NCBI GenBank assembly: GCA_964304625.1
Contig: OZ199838.1
Location: forward strand, 3,918,705-3,982,704
Direction of reading: 5' to 3'
DNA: 64,000 bases
DNA from: Kudoa neothunni
Lineage: Eukaryota; Animalia; Cnidaria
Part shown: positions 41,042 through 53,077 of the stretch, piece after piece
Position numbering within the stretch: position 1 is the first letter of the stretch
Layout: each line of letters starts with the position of its first letter
Position numbers and translations under genes: made by a program
Notes under the pieces: generated by a model
The model's database searches: none
The model's input: only the letters and a program-made list of their open reading frames with translations
What the model was told of the DNA's origin: nothing

Positions 41042-41915
41042 TTAAACGAGATATTCATCGGATTTTTTTATCATTTGATAACATGTGAACAAAATCAAAA
41101 TAATCTAAAGAATGAGTTATAGTAGTTGAGCCAATGTAACACAATTATACAATAATTGAACACACTCCTGCGAGGATTCCGAATGAAATTGGGAAATAGA
41201 TTTCTAGTAGATTTTCTAATGTACCACCACAAGCAATATCAATTATGTTTGCGTGACCCTGAGTACAACTCTCCAATTGAGGGCTACAACAACTCGATGG
41301 TAGAGGGCTAGAGGTAATTGACTCAGGACCATCTATACCACAGCATTTGATCTTTATCAAAGTTGTAGTAAAAAAACAGGATTATATAGGATACTCTATT
41401 TTGTATCACGTTTATCACTTCTTCATCTATTTCATTAGCATTATATTTTGTAAAGTATTCAGTAATACACACTTTGCCATCGTTAATAAACTAAACCAAG
41501 TTTTAATACTGGAATGAAAAATGATGAACAAAAAATCACATTTGCTTTATTCAACCAAATGTATACCATTAGTCCTCCTGCAACGAGTACCATAACAAAT
41601 CCAAATCCAAGGAAGATTACTCCAAAGGAACCATAAGACTTGAGAATGGAAAAGGTTATAATTATAGCCATTAGTACTACGATAACACATCCTAGTATGA
41701 TGGCGACATATCCAGCTGACAGATTTAGTTCTTTTTGGCAAATATCACCATAAAGTTGTTGAGCGGCACTACCAACACCAATTATGGAGAGTCCACCCAA
41801 CTAACCAGATTCAATTATGATACAATAATAATATTTGACATTAAATTTAAATTAATTAATTTACCATTATAAGTGAGCAAAGGGAAACGCATATTATTGT
41901 ACCAATATCCATCAT
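41042..41915 (-). CDS. Divergent tetraspanin A (5 exons, intact)
   Basis: Exons 41915-41865, 41800-41540, ~41489-41394, ~41352-41151, ~41104-41042. Four TM segments; EC2 KCCG...LPSSCC...C...ACG; ends KKSDEYLV*. Confidence 0.85.
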
Positions 41916-43499
41916 CACAAAATTTAATATTGTATAATACGATCACCAGCTATCTAATAAAAAATAAGCTTTAAAGATCTGGTATTATTATCAATTATTT
42001 ATACTGAGTATTATTACCTGAACATTAAATTGGGCTTATAATCTCCGTTTTCTCTTATAAGATATGACAGAAATACGTCCTAAATTTAAAATTCTCATTT
42101 ACATTTTATTTGTCCTTGCTAAATACACCTATTAGGTCCAATATATTAATTACTATATTTGAGGCCAAAATTTTAATAAAATAATTATTACACACAATTT
42201 ATATGATAGATTCGGATTTAAATGAAAGAAATTCATAGATTAGAGTCATATCAGCAAGCAAGATTATAATATACAGGCGAATAACAGATATCGCACAAAT
42301 CAATAAAGAAGTGGGTGAGGGCATATATTATAATATCCAGGTGAATATAGTTTTGATTATTGTTAATTGTTTTAGGCCTCTGAGAGTGATTACAATGAAT
42401 CAAACATATTTATATATAGAAGATTCTATAAAATTAAATTTATGCATCAACAATAAGTGGCAGTTTCCTGGATTAAAAATAACCACCGCGCAAGCGTATA
42501 TGTCACTTAGGATTAAAAATATTCCTGCGAATCAATAATTTTTACTCTACCTTTATATTAAATTAAATTCTATAGATAAAATGTTTAACGGAGCCACTTG
42601 TATCTTAATTAGGATACATATAGTGATAACACGCCTATTATCATTAAATTTAATATTACAAAAGTAGAATCCCTTCAATATTATTTATTTAAAATGTTAT
42701 ATATTATCCATAATGTGAATATTGATGTATTTATTACAATAGAAATTGGTTTAAGATATTATTTCACATAATATGCAAACGTATTTTAGCTAGGAGAATA
42801 TTTTATAATTCATTAATAAGAAAGCTTTTAACTTATATTTAAAATAACTGGGCTCAAAGAGTATAAAAATAATCTTCTTATAAAACTTTGAATTTTAAAG
42901 GAATGTGAATATTGAAGAGATAAATAATAATCAAGTTTCAGTAGTATTGACGATAGATAATTGTTTCTGGCCTACCATTTCACTTTTAGAGGCTGGGAAT
43001 AATTAAACATAGCAGATTTTTAAAAATTAAACCTGTATACAGATTTTGAGTAAGAGTTGCTGGGTTTAAAAATTTCCATTGCGAAAATGTACATGTAATT
43101 TAGTATTAAAACTTAGCACTGGCTATTGACACAGAAGTTTTTAATCCCGATAACTCCTATTTATAATTGATCTATAAACTTTATTTTTTAGAACCTATTG
43201 TATTTAGTTACGTTTGGTTTATCTCTACGGCTACTTTGGGAAAAAATAATTAAATACAGCCAAAGCTATACCTACCTGAATATTATGATCGTGCCGCTAG
43301 CCTCTGCCTTCTTAATCTTATTTCAAAATAAATTCCAACATTGATTTATTAAATATGCAAAAACAATATAATAAATTTATTTATTAATTTTTTAAATTGT
43401 TGGTTGTGCATTTATAAGGTTCTGTAACGGTATGGCTAAGTTTTGCCGGAAATATTATCGTGCGGGCATGTGACGCAAGCGCACTAATTAAAGTGACAT

Positions 43500-45513
43500 G
43501 GTCCTTTACAAAGGTTATTTCTATGTGAAGGATTACCAAAAAAATCTATAAAAATGCTGAAACTGAAGATGCCAAATAAGGAAATGTAGAGGAAGATTGC
43601 GAACTTCACCCTCTATTGACATCGAGTCCCTTACAGAAAATGGATTCCATAATCACATAATTGGCGATGGGGATATGAAAAAGAAAATTTTTAAACAGAA
43701 AATAAAGAAACATCGCAGAAAATACGGTGTTTCCAACCAGAAACGTTTATTCCGTTGTTTCAACTGAAGAAAATATAAATAATATTCCTGTGTGCTTCAA
43801 AAAGTCGATTTACAAAAATATAGAAAATATTCGTAAGCGACAAAATATCAAAACTATTCCAATTTCCGATTGCTACAGTGAATTAAAACCAAACAGAAAT
43901 GAGTCCAATTTATATGACTCTGGATCAGAAGACAAGCACCGAATTATTATATTCACAACTGAAAAAAATTTAATCCACCTGAGAAATTCAGATTACTGGA
44001 TGGCTGATGGCACATTTAATGTTGTTCCAAAGGAATATTATCAATTGTACACTATCCTTAGGGTTGTCTTCAACAGAGTTTTTCCACTAGTATATATTTT
44101 AATGAGTGATAAATTACAGACGAGTTACGAAATGTTACTTAAAATTTTAGCAGAAAAAGGAAATGTCGCGCCTCCAAAGAACATCATTATTGATTTTGAA
44201 TTGATCGCGTATAATGCTTTCAGAAAATTTTCGTCGAATTCAGTCCTTTTTTTGTTTGTTCCACTTTGGATAATGTATATACCCTAAAGTACAAAAATTA
44301 GGTTGTTCCAAGGAGTATGAAACTGGTGAAGATTTCAAATTATTTTTTAAATGCCTTACATCTCTTGCATTTGTCCCTCCTAATTTTATTCTTGCTGAAT
44401 ATAAGAGACTAAAAATAAAATCCAAAAAATTTGTGAAATCTAGCATTAACTTGTTAATGAAATACAGTCGTGCCTCGGTATTGCGCAGCGAATTGGGACC
44501 GCTAACATACTACGCAATATAAATTCATTTATGCAATGAAGGTAAGGTTTTTCTATTTTTCATTTTATCTTTAGAGAAAATGCACACCATTATAATCTGC
44601 GGTTCTCTTTCCTTTAAAATAGCTGATTTTCGATCTGTAACAGGATGTAAATCACAGACCTTCTGGAAATTGGCTTGCAAAAGTTTGTCTAAGAATTCTT
44701 AAGGCATCCCTAATTTTAGATGTTGACAGTTTGACGATTAATTGTTCCTTTTGACACTTATCATCAGAGATACTGGCTTATGGCCCACCATTAAATTAGG
44801 CCATTAATAAAGTCTCTCCTTCATTCGCGCTTTTATTTGTTAGAAATGTCGCAGCTGGAAAGTTTTTGTTCTATCTAAAAGATTCGCTCAGGTTGAATGT
44901 TCTTTGTATTTAAAATGTATTTTTTACCAAGACATAATTATTCTATTACTAAGATCAAATTTCGAAGCTGTTCATTTTTGAACTCCTTATTGACTTAATT
45001 GAATTATTACAACTGATAATTTTAAATTTCTCGTCAACATTCCTCTGTATCCTTGGCATGGTCAAATTTACCTCGCAATGTCGAATCAAAACGGGGTTTC
45101 CGGACCTTAGAATTGCTACACAATACAAAATTACTTCACAATTCTGAACAATTTCATATTAATTTTTTTATTCATAGATATTTTTACACATATTTTGTGA
45201 GATAATGATGTAATTATTACTTAGTTGTATCCGAATTTATAAACAAAAAATTAACGAGATATCGAGCTATCAGGCAATACCAAATAACGTGATAACAAGG
45301 CACGACTGTACATCGAAAAAATTTCATTCAAAATCCAAAATATCCAGTAATAGCATGGAATGCTTACGATCGAATTCTAAACAATATTAAACTCACCTCA
45401 AATTCGGAAGAAATTTTGAATCGACATTTTTTTTCACATTTCGAAAAATCCTACTCTGAAATATTTGGTTTTACTCAAAAACTGAAGGAACATCAGAGTA
45501 TAGTACTATAGTA
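43500..45513 (+). pseudogene. MULE (Mutator-like) transposase remnant with FLYWCH domain, split by two insertions
   Basis: RCQIRKCRGRL..HNH (FLYWCH-like), WMADGTFNVVP..YQLYTI..FPLVYILM..IIIDFE. After removing 44465-45308 it continues AWNAYDRILNNIKLTSN..E; it probably resumes after 48419. Confidence 0.85.
44465..45308. mobile_element. Tigger/pogo-type MITE inserted in the MULE ORF
   Basis: TA|CAGTCGTGCCT ... AGGCACGACTG|TA. Confidence 0.85.
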
Positions 45514-48419
45514 CAGGGGTGGAAAAACTTTTTTGGTCCGCGGGCCGCACCCGTAAAAAACAGCTTTTTGCATTGATAAAAGATAGAAAATGTTTTAAAA
45601 TTCATTCATTATTGATTTCATACGTTTTTGTTAATTGAAATAAAGTTCAATTTTATTCCTAAATATTTTTACTTATTACAACCCTAAGTATTACTACACA
45701 GGAAGAAACTTCCAAATCATATGAACTTTTAAAATAGCCCTTAATTCGAAAATTTGTAACAATTCGTCTTCATAAAAACATCACAAAGTATTCTAATTAT
45801 AAAATTTTCCATAATAATTTAATTTAACAAGGAGATTTTTCATTCGCAAACAAATAAAAACTAACATCATAAAAAACATAATCCTAAATAAAAGGAACTA
45901 ATGACATTTATGGAACTGGCAGCTATCATTAATAAATTTTTCAAAACCAGTTTTTAATGAGCTTGTACTTATTCTCAAGATCGAGCGCAGATTGGAGTCT
46001 GTCATTATCGCTCTATTTTGAGACATGTTAATTTTCATTACAGAGAACGTTTGCTCACATATGTATGTTGATGCAAAAATAACAAACATTCTTTTGGCAA
46101 AACTATCAAATCAGGGAACTTATCATTGTTGAAAACAGAGTAAAAGCTAATCAAATTTTTTGTTTCGAACATTTTTTTAGGGAAATGTCGGCTTGCAGGT
46201 CTATTAATTCTAATTGCAGTTATTCTGAGGATGTTTCAATGTCACATGTAACAAGCGAACAGAGCAAAGTAAAGTCATTTTCGATCAACCTAAAACCGGA
46301 AAATCTTCTGGCGAACTCTTCATTTAGCCCTATTAACCGGGAGCTATAGTTATCACATAATGTTTTTGGGGGGATTTTGAACCTTGAATGTGGAAAAATG
46401 GGCCAAGTTTTGCTTTTTGAGTTGATTGGAAAATAGTTGAAGTTTTATTTGGATGGATTTCACTTCAAAATATAACTCGAGAGCAAATAAGCCTTTTTCT
46501 TGGAATTTTGCATTCAACTCATTCATCTTTTCCATTATATCTACAGCGAATGCGAAATCACATAACCATTCATGATTTTTTATTTTATTAGCAAAATCGC
46601 AACTAATGTCCGTTATGTTTAAAAAGAGGGAAATTTCGATTTTTAGGGACAATACTTAATCATCGTACATTAGTGTAATAGAGTACATCGGTAAAATCAG
46701 ATTCAATTTCCTGTAAAAAGCTCCTAAATTGTTTATGTAGAGGAGCTCTTGATCTTATCTATCACGTTAACAGCACACATTACAGGGTCTAAAACATGCT
46801 TAAATTTCAGTGAAGATTTACACAAGCTTTCTTAGTGTATAATACAATGAAATAACAAAATTTTATGTGATGGGAAATCTTCAGTGATTTTATCATTCAT
46901 CAGTTTTATTAGCCCAGAGTGTCTTCCCACGAGTGAAGGTGCTCCATCAGTAATGACACTGGTGAGTTTTTCCAAGTTTAAACCAGAATTGTTCCAACTA
47001 TTCATGACACTATCAAAAAAATCTTGTCCAGTTGTGGTATTCTTCAAGGATTCAAGTGATAAGAACTCCTCGGTAATTTCGAAATTATGGTGAATTCCTT
47101 TTACGAAAATGAGTAATTGAGTAGTATCGGTAGCATCCACACTTTCTTCCAAAGAAATAGAATAGTACTCAAAGTTGGCAACTTTTTCGAACAAAATTTT
47201 TTTTACGATTTTGAGAAATATTTTCAATTCATCGAACAATTTTTCTTCATGATTGAGGAATGGCTTCAATTTTCGAGGTGACTTCAAGCCACACAACATT
47301 AACAGCATCCATAAAACATTCTTTAATAAACTCTCCATCCGAGAATGTCTTGTTATGTTTTGCTAATTTGTGGGAAAGTATAAAGCTAGTCATCTTTGCA
47401 TCCCTTATTATGGATGTTGCTATCCAAAATAAATTTTGTACCATATCAGATACTTCCTTTTTCAATTCTTCCTATGACAAATTGGATCTAAACTTGGAAT
47501 GTTTGGTTCGATAATGGCGTTTCAAGTTGTATTCTTTGTACACAGCCGATTATGTCACGGCTAATCAAACATACAGTCTTATTATAGATGCTGTTAAAAA
47601 AGTACTTTCCAGTCCACTCGTGATTGAAACTTTGACATTCGTCTTCAATTTTTCTTTTTTTAGATTGATTGAAACTAGCCATCTCAACAAACTTTGTATA
47701 CTAAAGAAAGTTTCGGCAAAAGTATAAAAAGGGTAACCGCCGTTTATAATGTCTTCTTTCGGCATATTTTTCACCTTTTTTGGGAGTGGTATGTTTTGTA
47801 AGTTTACGTTACTTAATTATGGTCAAAAATTTATCTTCGCGTATATAAATTGTGAACTAATTTGAATAGAAAAATGTTTATCGATCAGTAGATCCATGAA
47901 CATCGGCTAAACGAAGTCTACATTACGATATTCAAGGTTGGTAGGAAATAATATATAGTGAACTTATTATATCACAATTAATTAGTTCCAGAGGACAAAT
48001 AAGGGGAGATTTTATAGTTTTTATGACTAACATTATCTATTAGATATTTGAGATCATTTATAATATATATAGTCCTCTTTTCGATGATCCCATTATAGCT
48101 CAAACGTAAAAGTTAATATTTAGAAATTACATTATTATATGAAATTATTTCTTTTTTTAAATTATATTCACCCTTAGAATGATTATTGATTATTTGTAAC
48201 AATATTAGAATTTTAATACTTAATTCACATGGGCATGACGTTTGTGATGAATTATCTTCAAATTATTTAAAACAATGTATATTAAAAAATTTTTTGACTA
48301 AAATGAACATTTTTATTATGAGAATTAGATATATAAATTTCAATTGATCAAGAATAAAAAAATTTTTGGCGACTGGTGTTGGGGCGAGCCTGTCGCTGGT
48401 CGTAATTTTCCCACCCCTG
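45514..48419 (-). mobile_element. Decayed Buster/SPIN-like hAT element; GTF2IRD2-like transposase pseudogene at 47682-45898
   Basis: TIR CAGGGGTGG / CCACCCCTG; degenerate TSD CTATAGTA/TTATAGAC. Fragments KKRKIEDECQSFNHEWT..YFF, FSDGEFIKEC, YYSISLEESVDATDTTQLLIFV, TDGAPS, HCIIH, FASTYICEQTFSVMK. Confidence 0.9.
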
Positions 48420-48544
48420 TTATAGACCGTCTTAACTATGTTCTAAGTGTAGAAGTAAAATTACAACGTCACAGTTTAATGTAATAGTTGAAAGTTCAAT
48501 GTAACCACACCTTCACTGGACCCATTAGTAAAAACGTGTAGTAG

Positions 48545-48725
48545 TAATCTTATTATTGTCAGCGCTAATCTGCCTACAAGAAGTTTACACTACGAATTCA
48601 CCATTTTATGGACAATCAGACAACCATTTGTACGTTTGTAGCTAATTTTGTATTTTTTGAAGTATACTATGAAATTCAAATTGTCTAAAAAGTCTCTGTA
48701 TGAGGAGAAGATTTGTGCGTACACA
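48545..48725 (-). repeat. Fragment of the Helitron family seen at 31809-32623
   Basis: Reverse-complement similarity to 31875-32055 (e.g. AAGTCTCTGTATGAGG, TCAGCGCTAATCTG). Confidence 0.7.
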
Positions 48726-49474
48726 TAACTTCAAATAGATAGGCGTGATGAGTTAAAAATTACTAACATTTGTTAGCTTTTTGTCTCCGTATTCAATGCG
48801 ACGAACATAAAACATATTTTTATTTATAATTTTTCTCCATGAAAAGTATTGAGTAACATTTTTGATATTTTTTTTCTTATAAATTCAATAAAATTTCAAT
48901 TTTCAATATGTTTCAGATAACGCAATTTCAGAATAATCGAGAGTTCATTCTACTTCATGTAAGTGCACATGCTTCATTTACAATATATTGGATTGTAGTG
49001 TAAAATATATTTTCCCCCTCATATAATACACAATCAATACAACAGTTTGACGTAAAAACAAATTTTTTAGTTTTTAATTTTATTAATTTTGAAGTTAGAC
49101 GAAAATATAAGTTCATTATTTCCTCTGCAATTGTCACGACGATTTAATTTTCTTTATTGAATCCGTTATGTAAAGCTATTAATATGTCTAAAGTATGTGG
49201 AAATAAATATATATATAATTGAAATTGTTTTAAAATAATTAATCCTATTTTATTCGTAAATTAAAATTGGTACATATTCAATACTTTCTTATTTTTTTGA
49301 GTATAAGCACATTATTTATACAGTCAGCAACCGATTTTATGCACTGCGGATTTTATACATTTTTCTTAACAACAACCTAGTGGTGCTCATATTAAATGTG
49401 TATATTCTAAGGTTTATTGTAGTTAATATTCCCCATTTTACAAATATAAAATCTTTATTTAGTATCAAATAATA

Positions 49475-49562
49475 CCAAGGTACGTAAAATCCGTAGTGAC
49501 CAATTTTACGTGCATTTTTATTCCGATTTCTATACCACTTACGGATTTTACGCACTTACTGG
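49475..49562. repeat. ~90-bp inverted-repeat mini-element
   Basis: AGGTACGTAAAATCCGTA is inverse to TACGGATTTTACGCACTT. Confidence 0.6.
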
Positions 49563-49739
49563 TTATGATCACTGATAGCTAGAGGCGTTGAACATTTAAA
49601 GAAAATATGGAATATTGAAGTTCTTTGAAACTCTTTCTCCAAAAAATGAAAAAACAATAACTATTCGTCAATTCGAGATTTTCACATTATATTCTTTTTA
49701 TGAAATAAAAAAAAGTATGAAATTGACGAAATAATACTC

Positions 49740-49960
49740 GAGTAGGAGACAATGAAAGATGGAATGGTTGTTATTAATGTAAATAAGGACGTTTCGTAAT
49801 CAACTATGAAGGATATCGAATAGGAGGAGGTTTAAATAACACCTATAAAGTTTATAAAAAGTTGAAATTGATTGTGTACAAAATTTAAAGCACATACCGA
49901 AGTCGGTAGTAATAGAAAATACAATTTTTTGTGAGAATTTGAAAAAGAGATTAATAAAAT
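49740..49960 (+). pseudogene. Possible Ginger2/KRBA2-like integrase zinc-binding remnant
   Basis: Frameshifted fragments IGGGLNNTYK and LKHIPKSVVIENTIFCE resemble the HHCC region; heavily decayed. Confidence 0.3.
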
Positions 49961-50358
49961 GTCATTGAAGAAGATTAGACAATTGAAGATAACAGAATTA
50001 TATCAATGTTTTAAAAATCAAATGAGAAATTCACTATTATTGTGTCCACATAAATATAAATTAATAAAGTTTACCCACTGTATTAGTTAAATATTCAATA
50101 ACTCAAATCTATTTCCGTAATAATATTCTATGTTAAATAAAATATTTAAAAATTTATTTAGCTAATTATAAATAATATTACTGACATATAAGAAGAGTAA
50201 AAAATATAGTTTGGGAGTGATGATCATATTTTCATGGTTAGCTTAAAGCGCATAACTTAGTAAAAAAAAATCTTAAATTCGTGTAAATCAATGTTATGAA
50301 CCAATAAAATTGTTTCAGTAGAAGAATTTCAGATGAATAATGATTACAATGTCTAGAT

Positions 50359-51060
50359 CAGTGCTTCCTAACTTAGGGCGTGAAAAATTTTGGTGGGCGC
50401 GGAAATTTTTAAACGATTAATGAAACGTTATGGCGGGACGTAGAAAATCCTGAGTATTGGTGTGGCACGGATATTGGTGAGCTAATTGGGCATTATGATG
50501 TGCTTTGAAGTCAATATCGCTTATTTTGAAGTGACGATTACCATCATTATAAAACAAAAAGCAATGCCTATTTACATAAAATTTAATAATAATAATATTT
50601 AACGTGCCCTTCATCCGAATAGAGTCAGAATGGTTTGAATCTCAAACTTGTCTCATTTAGAATCATATATCATCCTCTTTTGATTAACCTAATATAATAT
50701 TGATTAATTTTGTGTTCATACTATTTATTTCCCATTTATTAACCACTAAAGCACGTAAGTCTTTCCTAATGAATGTTGGATTACCACGAGTATCATTTGA
50801 CGCCGTTTTTGACGGAATGATGAACTAAAGATGTTAATTTTTAAGGTCCATCGTTAAATTTAAGTTAGTTCTGATCGAATACATTTTAATTTTAACAAAA
50901 AAAGTATGTATTAATTGTTTTTAATTTTAATGTTATAATGAGCCTTATTCTATGTTGTAAATAGTTGAAGTTAAATAAATCAATACTTCTGAAAAAGGTG
51001 AGGAACGAAAATTTTTCAAGAAAAAATTGGGCGCGATATAAAAAATGTCGGGAAACACTG
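50359..51060 (+). mobile_element. 702-bp Buster-type hAT MITE
   Basis: CAGTGCTTCC ... GGGAAACACTG with perfect 8-bp TSD GTCTAGAT (50351-50358, 51061-51068). Confidence 0.9.
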
Positions 51061-51785
51061 GTCTAGATTAAGGTTATTAAATTGGAGAGAAAACAAATTG
51101 TTTTAAGTAGATTCAGTTTTAATAGTTTTATTTAATTATTAAAAGTAGAAAAACTTATAAAATCCAACCGCTATGTACCGTGAAATTAAACAGGCTCAAG
51201 AAATACATGAATAGATGGATATCCAAAATTTAATGAATAGAAAAATTAACTCACATCTGTGCCATATTTTCATTTAAAGAATTTTTCGTTTTCTCCAAAA
51301 CATACGAACGAAAGAATGAGTATTGCCTGATCAGAAAACGTGTTGATAGTATCAGGCCGCATGACGAGGTAAATTTTTTTAACGTTTTTCATCTTGAAAT
51401 ATGCTGCTTTACTTATAAAACTACAATATCTAACTTAAATCGATATAATATTTATGTTATATCGATATATCTCGTATCAAAAAGTTAAAATAACATTTTC
51501 TATCTTGAGTGTATCCTACACGACATGAGTCCGCGTATTCCTGCGCCACCCAAATTAGTCAAAAAATTTGTCATGACCCACATGTGGGTTATATGATCTC
51601 AGGTTTGGAAAAACTGCCCAAAATAATAAACAGGAGAGAAATTTTCACCTCGATAATTCGTCATATTGTGTATATTATCGATAAATAAAATCCATGAGTA
51701 TATTAAGAACACCAAAACAAACATATTGTCTCATAATTTAGTAAATAAGAAACAGACAGGTGAAACGAAATTTTTTTTTAGTTGA

Positions 51786-52690
51786 TTATTCAAAATACTC
51801 ACTTATTGGCTTAATCGAGTTGTAACACTCAATCATAACCAAAATAATCTATAATAATTATTAACAACAACAGGAAAAAGTCAAAAGAGTTTCTACCGTC
51901 AGTGTACAAACTACTGTGATAATTCCCAAAATTAATGGTATATAGAAATGAGTGAGTTTCTTAAACACACTGGCACAGCCGATAACAACCTTATTTTGTG
52001 TGTCATCCTGTTTGCAATTGGGCAACTTAGGTTTAGGCGTAGATATAGACTCGGGTTCAGGATCACAACAACTTAGAGGTAGGTCGTTCTTGGTATATGA
52101 TTCCGAGCCATTCAAACCACAACAGTTAAACTTTACGGTAATTTGAACCTAAAGAAATGGAGACCTAACGAATACTTTTTTTTGAATGATGTCGGTTTCA
52201 TATTTAGCTTTTTCACTGGAATCGTAACTTTTGAAGTGATCATAAAGACACATTTCAATTCCTAAAACCATCTGATTTAAATTTTGAGTATACCAATCGG
52301 GTTAAACGTATGTTACATTTTTGTTTGTTTAACCAAACGTAAATCAAAAGTCCCCCCCGAAATGTGAGCCAGAGGTAAGGTCAACCAAATGAAGATGGTA
52401 CCATATGAACCGGTAAATTTGCGATAAGTAACAGTCATAATTATTACGATTTGAAGGATAGTAATAAAACCCACAAAAATTGCCATAACACCGATAGAAA
52501 TCATCAGTTCATTCTGACAAAAACCACCAAATAAGAATTCGGTGGCACCTCCCAAACCGATTAGGACATAAACCCGCCGAACTAATCACTTACATAAAAA
52601 CATATTGGTACTTTTGAGAAACAAAATTGAAATAGAATTACTCCTATTAACAGAACACAAGCTTAGCCATATCACCTTTCCGATATTCAT
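51786..52690 (-). CDS. Divergent tetraspanin B (needs several +1 corrections; possible pseudogene)
   Basis: Same 5-exon layout as A: MNIGKVIWLSL..., FCQNEL, EMCLYDHF..DIIQKK|FNCCG..LPLSCC..C..GCAS, ends IKPISEYFE*. Apparent extra bases at ~52654, ~52574, ~52564, the G7 run 52352-52358 and ~52320. Confidence 0.78.
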
Positions 52691-53077
52691 CTTCAACTAT
52701 TTTAATATACTTAAAACGAAGAAAAACAAATCTACTGATAAGAAGCTTGGTCGGTAATATAATTAAATAATAAAAGAGGAACACCTTCTGCACATATCAA
52801 GATAAATATTAAATTATTTAAAAATAATATCACAGTTAAGTTTATAATATTTAAATTTCTAAATTACTGATAATTTGACTTAAACTTTCTAATTTATTAA
52901 TATAATTACAAAGTCACGAATTGTTATTACTATTAATTTAAACCAAAAAATGATTTGAACGATAAAAATTTATTCAAATATTCAATAATAATTTAATATA
53001 TTAGAAATATTTATTATCCCAATACTTTAAATGATTGACTCCTTTATATATTTAAATTAGAGTGACAACGTTTTTAA

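Noticed and set aside
42240-42500. Possible spliced plus-strand gene fragment (GT-AG 42341-42375; IQASESDYNE, vaguely cadherin-like)
   Set aside because: Stop follows soon after and no start or further exons were found.
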